This document shows, in pieces, positions 41,606 through 53,696 of a stretch of 64,000 nucleotides of DNA (its first letter is position 1; each line of letters begins with the position of its first letter). The position numbers and the translations under genes were made by a program. Below the pieces are notes generated by a model. The model worked only from the letters and a program-made list of their open reading frames with translations, ran no database searches and was not told the DNA's origin. Origin of the DNA: Botryllus schlosseri (Eukaryota); assembly GCA_051294905.1 (NCBI GenBank), contig CM119371.1, positions 37,512,001 to 37,576,000 of the forward strand. Direction: 5' to 3'.

Positions 41606-43243
41606 GAGCCAAGCATGGTGTATAAATACGTTTTCCATCCTCGTGCTTATAAGAATGAGCTTCGATTTGATAGGAACAGAACTTGATTTTTTGCATCTCC
41701 TTCTACTTCGGTATTCAATTCAATGTCCATGAATTCCATAAGTTTGAATCTGATTTAATTTGGAGTAAATTGTCTAGCGATAATTCCTATTCCAATCTAA
41801 TTTTAAAGAGCTGAGAAAGGGAAGCGAGAGGCGCAGTTGGTCAAGCACCAGCGTCACGACACCAATGGCAGTGGTTCGAATCCCGGTTCGGACCAACTTA
41901 TATGTGTCGGAGGTTCCTCAGGGCTCGTCATCGCGGACCACACTGCAGGTGCAATGCATTGAAAAGCCCGGACTGAGCGTGACCCGGCAGCAAAGACCAC
42001 GATGGGGACGAGGGTACGAGAGAAAGATTGCAGTCGTTCGCACGATTTCCAAAGACCTTTGACACATAGCCTGAAAGAGGCGGGTAGCACCACTGTAAAA
42101 ATGTCAATCAATAATAACGATAATAATATTGAAGAACTGAGAGTAGGCCTATGTAGTTGTCCGTCTCTGCCACTTCACTAACCTAATTAGGAAAATTATA
42201 CGTAAGTAATATAAACCATTGATTCTGGCACATCAAGAGACATACTTCATGACTTGAGCACGGGATTAAATGCTTCGACATATGAGATTCGACATAATAT
42301 CATGCGACATTTGAGCAGGTGGGTAGGATTTGGGGTCAGGGCCGAGTACATGGTTGAGATTAAGGATTGGGTTTGGGATTAAAATATATATAAGATTTTA
42401 TTTCGGGGTTAGGGTGGGGATTAAATTAAGTTTGGGGTTGTGAAAGCACATGTAACAATGTCTCATGATGATCTGTCGTTTTTCAATGTGTCGCATGCTG
42501 GTATGTCGGGCAACTGCTACGACCAAGTGAGAATTCACGTTACTTGATCGACTGTTACAATTACAGATTGAGAGTCGTCGGACCAGTTATAAGATGTGGT
42601 CTTAGTTCCGTGATTACGGTTATTGCATTCCTTTGTCGTCATTGCTACGTACACATCTTACAGGCTGCATTTAACACAAAGGCGCTTCTTCTATTTTCGC
42701 ATTTCCTCAAATCTGGTTCTCCAAGATGACCCGTAGCGCACCCATATTAGACCGCCCGGGTTGAATTTTGAATTTTAAAACCAGAGTCGAAAGTGTTTAA
42801 GGTTTCGCTTGAACATTTCTGCAAGGCCGTTCCGGGAATTATGATATGGATTTGAAATATGAAACGTTATCTTGGATCTTCTGATAAAAGAAATCGAGAA
42901 TTGACTCCGGTGTCGTTAAATGGTTCCAGTAAATATCAAATGACTTCTTCCCAGAAGGTGGATCCAATCAGGTTGCCGCAGCTGCGCAATTATCGCGTCA
43001 TTGAAGCGGTTGATACCCCGGCGGATATCGTGCCAGTCGGTCATATGGCAAATATTCAGCTTTACCCATTAATCTAGAATTAGAATATGGATAGACACTT
43101 TTTTCCAAATTAGATTAGGATTTAGATTACAGAATTCGTAAAAAGCGGTAATTGAAATCTCTTCCATTCATATCAAATTAGAGCTTATTGTTTTCATAAG
43201 CACGGGAGTAACAGATAGGTTATTTGTACACCAAGCTTGGCTC
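41606..43243. mobile_element. Long-TIR (about 200 bp, degenerate) element, possibly MULE-like
   Basis: GAGCCAAGCATGGTGTATAAATA at 41606 mirrors TATTTGTACACCAAGCTTGGCTC ending at 43243. TSD not convincing. Confidence 0.55.
41824..42128 (+). mobile_element. tRNA-derived SINE family 3
   Basis: GGCGCAGTTGG A-box, GGTTCGAATCCC B-box, (AAT)n tail. Confidence 0.7.
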
Positions 43244-43581
43244 TTGGCGCAACCTACAGCTCTCCTACAGCATCTTCAGAAGAAAAGAAGCACGAATTAG
43301 ATAGCGGCACCGTCATTTTGATTTAATCCAGTGGTTCTTAACCATTTTCCTCCGTCATCTTTTACCAAAATTTTAAAGGTCTGGTGCCCCTCCATATTTA
43401 AAGGACTGTAGTAAAAAAATAGATAAAAAGTCGAAGTCCAGTCGGTCTTTTAGCCTTGCTACTTTACTATTAGAAATATTTTGCGCTTGAATCGCGCCCG
43501 AGAACCACTCTGCTTCACGATATAAAAATTTTATGTGCTATATTCCACGCATCGTTGATAGAACAACCATCGGGTTCGAAC

Positions 43582-45958
43582 CAGTGTTAGGATCAAGTCA
43601 CTATCTTCGAGTCACAAGTCATCACGAGTCATTGCACATTTTGACTCGAGTCAAGTCAAGTCAATCGATTTTTGAAGGTTACTCGAGTAGGTCAAGTCAC
43701 TCGATTTTTTGAGGTGACTCGAGTCAAGTCGAGTCAAGTCAAATCAGGTCACGAGTCAAGTTACTAGTCAATTCAAGTAGAATTTTTGAAGTACCCGGCA
43801 TGATTCAGAGTCATTGCCTTTCGCTAGCTGTTTTTAATACAGATTGAGATCCCATATTTTCTGCATCAAGGAACGAATATTGAGTTGAATATGCACGCAA
43901 AAAGGCGTTGTATCGCTAGGGCAGCGGTTCTCAACCGGGGGTCCGCGGACCCCTAGGGGTCCGCGAAGCAATTTCAGGGGGTCCGCGAGACCTCTAAATT
44001 TTTAAAATGGTTGATAACCTAATTTTTATTTTATTTTTCAATTTGAGAAAGCATGAGGCAGTTTCGCACCACAGCTGCTAAAACCTCATGACTCATATCA
44101 TCATAATATTCGTCTGACATGCTGGACTATCGTAGTGTGGAAACTCATTTTCATTGCCAATTTTCCAATAACCTACTGATACAAACATATTGCTGTTTAG
44201 AGACGTTTTGTTGGGGTTTGTGGAAAAAATAAAAATATGGAGATAGTAACGTCAATCAGGGTGACTTCGTAATGTCTGCGAAACCTTCTCGATTTGAAGT
44301 TGTCAGTCTCATCAAATTAGTGAACAGTCGTTTGAAATAAAAATTTCCGAAGTATTCCCATAATTTGTGCCAATGCAAGGAACAGCTTCTTGGAGGTACA
44401 GAGGTACAGAACTTTAATATACAATTGATTAGTTTATTCATATTGAAATGAACACGAATATTTTCGGCTGACACTCGTCATAAATCGGACAATGATATAG
44501 CCTACCTGCTCTTAAAGCTCGGCTATCAGATTTGGCGCATTCTTATTGGGGATGCCCTATCGACAAGGCTGATTTTTTTTATGAACAAGGGGCGTTTCGT
44601 TATCAAAGCATTACGCTCAAACCCTGAAATTCGTATCAACAGTTATATTGGTATGCAGCCTTGTCTTGTTCATGTTCAATTGTTCGTGGTCGAAAATGTT
44701 TGCTCGTAAATATATATATCTAAACCCGAACAGAACAGGTCGTTTCATGACAGTCTTTCTCTGGTTGGAAAACGTGGATCCATTCTTAGTAGCATAAAAT
44801 TTGTTATATTTGTTATACTTTTAGATTAGGATTTCACTTTGACGGTAGAAATTCTCTGCGGGCCGAATCCGGCCCGCTGTCCGTATGGTGCCCGTTCCTG
44901 CGCTAGATGCTGGACGTGATATGTTCATAAAATATGTGTTTCTTCATTTTGGTGCCATGAATGTTGCGATCACACCAAAAGTATCGTCGGAAGCGTTATG
45001 CGTCAATATTGCATTAGCTTCCATCTATCTTTGCGGAAATGGTTTTCGGCACTCCTCGTTCATATCAAAACGAAGATGCGGATTTTCAAGACACGACCAC
45101 GTACTTCAAGAAATACAGCAGCAAAATTAGCTTTGAAATAATAAAAGTCCACCAATTTCTTCATAAATAGTATGATGATATCTTCAAGAAAAATCTTTAT
45201 TTTGCTGTTTATCACAAGCCTACAGTTCATATATGTGCACAAGAAAGATGAAGGTTGCACCATAATAGAGCCAAAATTAAACTAAAACTTGATGGGGTCC
45301 GCGAGGGTCCGTGAAGGTCAAAAGGGGTCCGCGAAGCCAAAAAGGTTGAGAACCACTGCGCTAGGGCATACGTTGAACTGCTTAACTACGTAAGTAATGG
45401 TATGGCCCCAGTCTATATTCATCAACCATTTCCGAAATACAAGGTAGAAAAAGAAACCATGATATACAATTTCAGCCTGCATTAATTGTTGACTAGTATT
45501 ATAAACGTATTAACGATATTCGTTCGATTTAATTCATACAAGAGGGTTGGTTATATGAGCACGGGCAATGTGACCTGTTCATAGAACATCGATATATTGC
45601 TATTAGATTACTTTAATACTAGTTTTCGACAACGTTACATATGTTGTAACATCCGATCGCAGCGTTTGTGATCAAGTTACTTGTGATATAGGCCTGAATA
45701 ACAAAGGAGTCTTGGTGAAACGCACCATCATAAAATGATTGGATGCTCTCAGAGCTTACAACAGCGTATAGCTAACAATCCGAACTTATTTCAGAAACCT
45801 CGATTTGGTCGACACCGATTACTTGATGACTTGAAATTGAACCGTAAATTTTGCTTCGGATCCCGAGTCGATCCACATTTCTGAAGCGTCGAGTCAAGTC
45901 AAGTCATTTTCGCAGAGTGAGTCATACGGAAAAGTTGACTCGAGTCATCCAAACACTG
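43582..45958. mobile_element. hAT-like MITE (CAAGT/GAGTC repeats)
   Basis: TIR CAGTGTT(A/T)GGAT; TSD GTTCGAAC/GTTCGAGC. Confidence 0.8.
43922..45358. mobile_element. Nested Charlie-like hAT element
   Basis: TIR CAG(C/T)GGTTCTCAACC; TSD CGCTAGGG on both sides. Confidence 0.88.
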
Positions 45959-46869
45959 GTTCGAGCCCGATGTACACATCCCGAATTCACATTTGCGATT
46001 GGCGATATTGAGAAGGTAATTGGAATTGTGTTTTGTTTTATTGCCTTGTGTGACTGGCAAATCAACTGAGAATGGGGTAGAGATCTTAGCTTACATTAAA
46101 TTTAATACTGCACCCAGCTATTAACTTTAACCTGAATGTATTCCAAACAAAAAAATCTATATTAGTGTAATAATGTGTGGTTGCGGGTCACAATAGGCTA
46201 CTACACAGTATCATCCTTTATTATACGACGAACAAATAGTCTGACGATTTGATTTCGTGTTCCCCAAATACATGTATATTCAGTTGATCAATTTGAACTA
46301 AAAGGTTGAAAGCATTTTCAATGTACAAATGGCTCTCACTCTCGAAAGTGGCACAGCACTTTTCGATTTTGACACGCTGTGCGATGCAGGATACAATATT
46401 TGTTTCAAAACTTGTTGTGGGAAATAAACCGCCAAGCTAGCTTGACAGGAGTGCGTAAACGGGGTATTCACGATGTAAAGGTATACGCGCAATTCACTTT
46501 ACATGAATTATGATAAACCACTGCATTATTCATTGAAACATCTTGCAAACATCGTCGGTATATATTTCGCTCGGTACATAACCGAATATTCCGAGATTTG
46601 ACCGATTTCGTCGAATGTGAATTTGCAATGAAAACTCAAGTATAGCCTACATAGAACTATTGTTTTGATACATAATCATACTACTTTAACGACACGTAAT
46701 TTCGACTGACCCCTCTCCTTTGCTGAAACGCCATTTCTAAATATTTTAATTTCTCAGTCAGTTCCGGAGGAAGTGTCCGCAATCGTAGCCGCCTGAAATG
46801 ATCTGAGTCTGCAACATCACGAAAAAAAACAATTTCGGCACTCTGGGAGGTGTTCATGCTATTTGAGGA

Positions 46870-47700
46870 TCGCCGATACCAGAAAAAATGCAAGTTTCAA
46901 CAAACACGACCCTCGAGTTCATGAATGTAGGAGCGAATGAACGGCAAGTCGTCAGCAGATGGAACCAATACATCGAATCCAGCTCCCTTTGCATCATAGG
47001 TCTTAACTTTACTCCCCGTTGCTCTCTCGTCCATCCGAAAGCTCCGGCTCGCGCAACATCTATATGCAACCAGTATTATAACCTGAAAAGTGTCAAACGA
47101 GGAAGAAATCCTGACACATCCAATAATTTTTTGTTTGTTTGTTTCTAAGAGCTGATCGTGCCCAAATGCTAAGCGGTCGATACCATTCTTTCATGTGTCC
47201 GTGTTGCCGGAATACACCCGATCTGATACAGGACACGCAGACCTTTCAAATTGCCGAAAACGAAACTAATCAGTCGCTGTCGAGGTAGCGTGGAAAGACG
47301 TATAATCCACAGCTGGAACATCAGTGGGTGGAGGTTTCGAGTCCGACCGAGGTCTACTCCAGAATTACTACCTAAGTTTTGGAGGTTTTCTATGTTCATT
47401 CTCGCCCTTTCATCCGTGTAAGCGGCGTCTCAAAAAAGCCTAGAAGTGGGCCGTGCTACAAGTCATCAGTCAGGTAATAAAAAGTAAAGGAAAACCGGTC
47501 CGGTGTAAATGGTCATAGTATAGTCGACAAACACCATAAATAGGATACCGCATAAGCAATTTCTGTCTGCTGCCGCAGGATTTCATCGCTTTTCACAGAG
47601 TGTGCTGGCGTAAGTGCTTTTTGCCTAATAATATACGAATGATTGATTAGGCACTTCCCATCTGTCCATACACGCGTGTAATTCAGATGGAACAGCACTT
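46870..47700 (-). pseudogene. Decayed C-type lectin paralog, split by a SINE
   Basis: Frameshifted pieces: LNYTRVWTDGKC and TL*KAMKSC (47550-47700), IGCIPATRTHER (about 47175-47230, cf. IGFNAPTAER), then after a ttttcag acceptor YWLHIDVARAGAFGWT and VPSADDLPFIRS (cf. C...LPFIC). Confidence 0.5.
47278..47548 (+). mobile_element. tRNA-derived SINE family 1 (degenerate)
   Basis: Homologous body (CCGAGGTCTACTC, GGGCCGTGCTACAAGT, CCGGTGTAAATG). Confidence 0.75.
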
Positions 47701-48060
47701 TTGATTTGGACGGAGCGCTAGCATTTGTCGTGTATTAATTAGCCTAATATGGTTTTATATTTGGCTTGGATGCGTAATATGTGTTTACCACGTCGTATTT
47801 GACTGTATCAAAGATTAAGTAATCATGATTTGGTCAGTTATTGTATCTTGATTCATCGTAAACGACGCATATTTCACTTTGAGACGACGCGTGCTGGCAG
47901 TCCAACGTGGTCGCGTACACAGAATTGGCAGCAATTGTCATCGATTGCACCGTGTTCTAGATACTTATGAACCTTCCATCTCAACTTCGGAACACATAGT
48001 TTGCTTGAATAAGCATACTATGGCACCTAACACCATATGATATCTATATTAATCGCTCTG

Positions 48061-48620
48061 TGGTTTGACAATACAGTTGGGCATCAAGGAAGTTGCTTCT
48101 TCCTCAATTGCACAATCGATACTTTTACGTCGTGAGCTGGCGCTATCGTTCTGCGAGTTTTATCAAGGCCTACCACATCTTGCGAAAACTGTTGACTCAG
48201 TGATGACATTGTCTAATGGGGACTCCACTACTTTGCCCAGTGGTTTGTTCATGGAGAATTTAGTTATGCTCGCGCTCGGGGTGAAATTACATTGTGTCAG
48301 TGTGCAAATTTTCAGTAAACTTGGAATAAGTAATCCAGAACAACACTACATTTATCAGTATCTCAGTACAAGCGTTACCATTCTAGTCTTTCATATGGTA
48401 ACTCCTGCAATATCACTCTCGACTATTTGACTATCGACGGGAATAACAAATTGTTATTGAAAACATTGCCACTGCATACCGGTATATTAGTGACAGATTG
48501 GAATGACGATTCGCCATCTTTACGTCAGCACAATTGTCAAAGATGTGACAGTGGTTCGTTGGTTGTTTAATTTGTCAAAAGATTCAGACGAATGGCTGTA
48601 ATCAAAAGTATTTTAGCTCC
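48061..48620 (+). pseudogene. Decayed plus-strand C-type lectin-like fragment
   Basis: GHQGSCFFLNCTIDTFTS*AGAI /frameshift/ CEFYQGLPHLAKTVDS matches the CTLD SCY..W..A...C...G.HLA pattern. Later DWNDDSPSLRQHNCQRCDS is shared with 19759-19815. Confidence 0.45.
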
Positions 48621-48854
48621 ACATAATGAATCACCAGATTATCATGTGTTTTCTTATGAGATTGAACTAGTAAGGAATCTCTCATGCGATCTCTAGTCAG
48701 GGCTACATTGTAGATGATAACTAGCATATAAGAATCCTAAATGCCACAGTAGAAAAAGGTACGAAACTGCGACGATAATCTTGGAGGGGTCCACTGTTTT
48801 CGGAAGGGAAGTAGTATCAGCTGACAGTCAAAGAGTCTACAAGCATATAGAAAC

Positions 48855-51777
48855 CAGACATGGGGTGATTACTTTATGAATGTAATCGACTGCGATTACG
48901 ATTACTTCGGAATCACGCGATTACGATTACGATTACGATTACAGCAAAATCAGGAAGTAGTCGATTACGATTACGATTACATTGGAAAAGTAATCACGAT
49001 TACTCACGATTACATTTGTTTTGCTTCTTAGGACTATAATCTTAAATGATATATTGGATGACAATACAAGGATTGCGATGAAAAGGCTTAATGAGATATC
49101 TCTTCATACACCATGCGTCATTTGCTTATTACGTCATAATATACCAATTGCCCAACTTTGTAGTGGATGATTTATCGCATCCAACAATTTGCATTATTGC
49201 CAGGTCTTTACCTGCCACACCCAAAGTTCCTTAGTAGGGTTGGGAGCGTGCTCGGAGGGGACTCAAAAGTGTTTCGTAACTAACATAAATTATAGAGTAT
49301 TTTCGAGAATTTAGTTAATTCTTGAAAATGTTCTTCGAGCTTTGCGATTCAAATATCTGTAGTACAGGGGTCACCAACGCGGACCAAATGAGTTGCCCGC
49401 GGTCGCTGTAGCAGTGGTGGCTTTTGGGGTGGGCGAGGTGGGCGGTCGCCCGCCCCCCCCTGGTCGAAGGGCCCCCCTATTTGGAATATGCGCTTTTTTC
49501 AAGGATAATAACGAATAAACATGAAAATCCGTGTAAAGCAAGAATAGGATTCTGTACAGATGTTTCAATCATCATCAAATCTCTACATTTGTCAGAAAAG
49601 TACCATATCCCGATAATCATCACGTCTCTGCATGCGGTGGAATTACCTAGTTTTGATGTAGTATATCCTTGCACACATGAAAAAATAGACATTGCCGAAT
49701 CCAACACCTGGCCGAACCTTGCCGTGGTGAAAGATAGATAATAATAACAGTTGCGAAAGGGGTGTTTGGGGGGCGAAGCCACCCATAAGTTACGGATAGA
49801 TACTTATGGGGGGGGGGGCCTCTTTAAGTCTCGCACAGCCACCCCCCGTTCGTAGGGCCACCACTGCGATGCGATGCGAGCAGTTGAACATGGGTCGGCC
49901 GACCCCAAGGAACATACGAACGCAGTCGCTCGGGGCATTGCTTGTCTTCGCCCACGCGGCGGCTGAACGGGAATATATAGGCCTAGTTAATATTCCCTAG
50001 TCTCGACGCGGAGATTGGCGCTTCGGCGCGCACTGCAGCAACGCAGCTGAGCCCGGAGGAGCTGGTGTGAGTCCCGGCGAGTGAGCGTTTTTTGTTCTTG
50101 GTAAGGGGCGGAAACCCGGCCGAGTGCTCTGATTGCCTTATTCTAAGTGAAGAAATCCAACTGAACACGGATAAACGGCAGGAGTAAGTGGTAACCCGTC
50201 GGTCGTCGCAATAATCAGTACACGCTACACAAGAAGTAGCTTTTTGTTTCAAAACGGTTGGTGACCCCTGCTCCAGTAGATAGCTGGGTTTGAAATGCAT
50301 ACCTCTTCCCCTCAAGAAAAAAACATGCATAGGCTATTTTATGGGAACAGGCATTTCGGAGCCGGTCATTACCGCGCCACGATCCCACAACACACCAAAA
50401 GACATATGCAGTTTTGGCCAACACGCAACTTCACGGGATGAGATACCAAAAAAAACTTAGGGTATTCGTCTATTGTCAATAGCCACGCTCGGTGGGCGTG
50501 ACTAATAACTCCTGTCCTTCCAATCTGGACCCACAATGCAAATGTCACCCGGCGCATCCACAAAGGAATAAAGCCATGACAATTTTGTGTGCGTCTCACA
50601 AAAGATATTCTTTTAGTCTGCTACGTTTGGGCGAGTAAAATATCTTCGGATTATACAACAGACTGGAGATCGCGAATTAACAACATACAATAAAGTAATT
50701 ATAACAACATACCAGATGCTGTGATTATGAATTACGTGCCCCAGCTCTATAGGTAAATCTGACACTCGGGGCTGAGAGAGGTTATAAATGAATAGTAATA
50801 TAATGCAATTACCAATATTATTGACGAAATTCAGTTTTGAAAATTGACCAACGGTTGGACAGGGGGACGAATTGCTGTTTTGGCTGAATTGCTGATTCTT
50901 GCTACAACCCACGCGTACATGTCAGGCTATATAAGCGGATGGTTATGGCGGCAGGTCCAAATGCTAAGTAACGAACTGTGAAATAACGATTGACGCCCGT
51001 TTCAAGTAGTTATATGAGAATAAGATATATTGAACATAAAAATTCTGCCTTCAACTTAATAGCTTACATATACTGCGGGCTGCTGTTACGAGAAACGGCT
51101 AATCACGGCTCGGTTATGATAAATATCAGCAGCTGTTTATTTGTAATGCTTCGTTGTGGAAACTGCAATGTTTTATTCGACGACTACAAAATTCCGAATC
51201 TTCGTCAGGTGCACGTGCGTACGTAGGCCTCCTGCACGCCAAGCAGCAACGGTAAACTGCGTTTAACTAAGCACAACCAAACATCAATACATAAGTTACT
51301 ATTTGAAGCTATAGGCATAGTGGTGATCAATATCCTGCTGCGATGTAGGGGCTTCTGTAGTGTATTGATAACCTGATATACACCACGGGAGGTGTTCTTA
51401 CAATCACACTACAATGTCCATTGCATGTCTGTTTAATATGTGTGGACTGTTGATACTTCTTACGCAATGACGAGCGGAGCTAATACTTCTGACGTAATAA
51501 TGAGTCAGTGGCGTTGAAAACAGACGTTTGTGCTATCGCTAACGTGGTATATTATATCATTCTTGTTAACGAATATTCAGTTTATGTCATAGTCCTTGTA
51601 CAAACAAAAAGTAATCGTTCTTTCACAAAAAAAATCGATTAGATATGGGAAGTAGTCGATTACGATTACGATTACTTCGGATTTTTTCGAATGTAATCGA
51701 TTGCGATTACGATTACTTCAAAATGCTGTAATTGTCGTAATCGATTACGATTACTAATCGCGATTACCCCATGTCTG
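48855..51777. mobile_element. Second, independent insertion of the CAGACATGGGGT family
   Basis: TSD ATAGAAAC at 48847-48854 and 51778-51785. The empty site is visible in the duplicated unit near 20680. Contains a nested MITE at 49365-50270. Confidence 0.9.
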
Positions 51778-53696
51778 ATAGAAACTAACAACGTCGCACA
51801 CACTATTTCATTAACTCCATATTCGTTCACCTCCATAAATCAAGTTTCTTGACTTGACTCCATTCGAAATGTACGATGACTCGATAAGAGCTGGGGCTGA
51901 AAGGTCCTGGCACTTGGGTTGGTACTCAAGTATAGAAGTATACAGATAACGTGGTAACTTTTCGATCAATAGGAAATACCGATTTCAGGGTGATTAAGAA
52001 TCATTCTCTCGATCTAGACCTAAGTTTCGTCAGAAATCCTGAAAGGGATGCACGAGTAAATGGTGCAACCTCGTACTGGTATACTACTAGCAGTAGAAGT
52101 ACCCCGTTACTGCTTGATTCTGGTCGGAGGTCTACGATGTAATATATATACATGATTAGCCGCTTTTGACGCACAGAATCAGACACAAAATAAATACAAC
52201 ATACTTCAATGGAATAAAATAAATTGTCAACACACGGCTTTAGATCATTCTGGCAGCTGTAATCAGACGACTTTCACGACGTTACGCCGAAGAGCTTATT
52301 ACTTGGTGGCCCCGTAACGTGTTCTTTCAGATCCAATACAAAATTATAACTCAACCTTTCACATCTTTTCCCGACGCCAGATGAACTCACGCACGGGAAT
52401 AACTTCTTCATTTCAAGAACATTTCCCTATCTGCTGATCACGTCACACACTGATATATATTTTTGTATAGTTGGATATATTTTATAACGAATATACAATG
52501 CTTTCGAAATATGTTTTGTCATCACAAATATGAGTCATGAATTTCGAAAGAGAAGAAAATTCATCACAAATGATTTCAAACTATGCAATCGTGTCAAACT
52601 GATCGTCCGCGACGTTGAGCGGTGTTACACTTATTTGAACAGGTGACTGTATACCGATTTTATCCAGACCGAATTAGGAAGTTTCTACATTTCTTTGAGT
52701 GTTCCCTCGTCACCCGATCCAAATCCTTCCACACTCATCAAATCAGTTTTTTTTCCAAATCGAAATCTCAACTCAGATGACATGAGCATGGATTTGAAAA
52801 AATGATTTGTTGACCATAGCTGGATTTGTATCGGGTATGGATTTACGACTGATTAGACGTTGAAATTGCATTTGAACCCGAATATAAAATTTCTGAAGCT
52901 TTTCAATTTTCATGCGATCGTTGAATAAATTTCACTCAATGTTGGATTCGGAGTTGTAGAGCCAAACCAGCATATTGGTTATCCCATAACTGGCGAACCG
53001 AGCGCTAAATTTAATGAAACTGGTCTTTATCAAAAGTTATTGTTGCACTGAGTGGAATATATATATTAAAATAAGGCCAAGGCACTAAAACCCGTCCAGA
53101 TGTCGTTTTAAAATTCCTAAATCTGCATTACTCCGAACAATCAGAGCGCCACAGCACAACGACCATAATAATGACGCTGCGATTGTTCTGAAAATTTACA
53201 ATTTCTGTCTTTGATGGTATTTTCAGGGTAATTGCATAGCCGAGCGATTTTTAATTTATATTTTCCAAACCAGAGAGACAAAAGCTTTCGGTTGAGACCG
53301 GTTTTATTACCTTTTGCGTTCTTGTCGTCTGATATAAGATTGCCGTATCTGTTTGGGAACCTACTAGTGGCCAGAAATAGCGCAAAAGAACACTGTTGTT
53401 GAAAGTGACGACTGGGGGGGGGGATGGGGGGCTTTAGCTAGCGTTAGAAACAAGACGAAATAAATGTGGATTGGGGTTTATTTTTTCGATCACAAGCCTA
53501 TGCCGGATGTGACACGAGTTGGAGCTATAACCAAGAACAGAATTTTGATATCAAAATAATATATCCACTCAACCATAGTGGTCGTGTGATTGACTTATTT
53601 AGTTTCGGAGGGATATTTAGTTATATCAAATCTGGTGCTATCCGGCAGGCCATATCTTCTTCTGTTCCAATTAAAACGGCGGTCACGAGATCTGAG

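Noticed and set aside
41824..41900. tRNA genes at the A/B-box sequences (also 900-959, 6310-6394, 16038, 57800)
   Set aside because: No clean cloverleaf seen, and each continues into a SINE-like body or tail.
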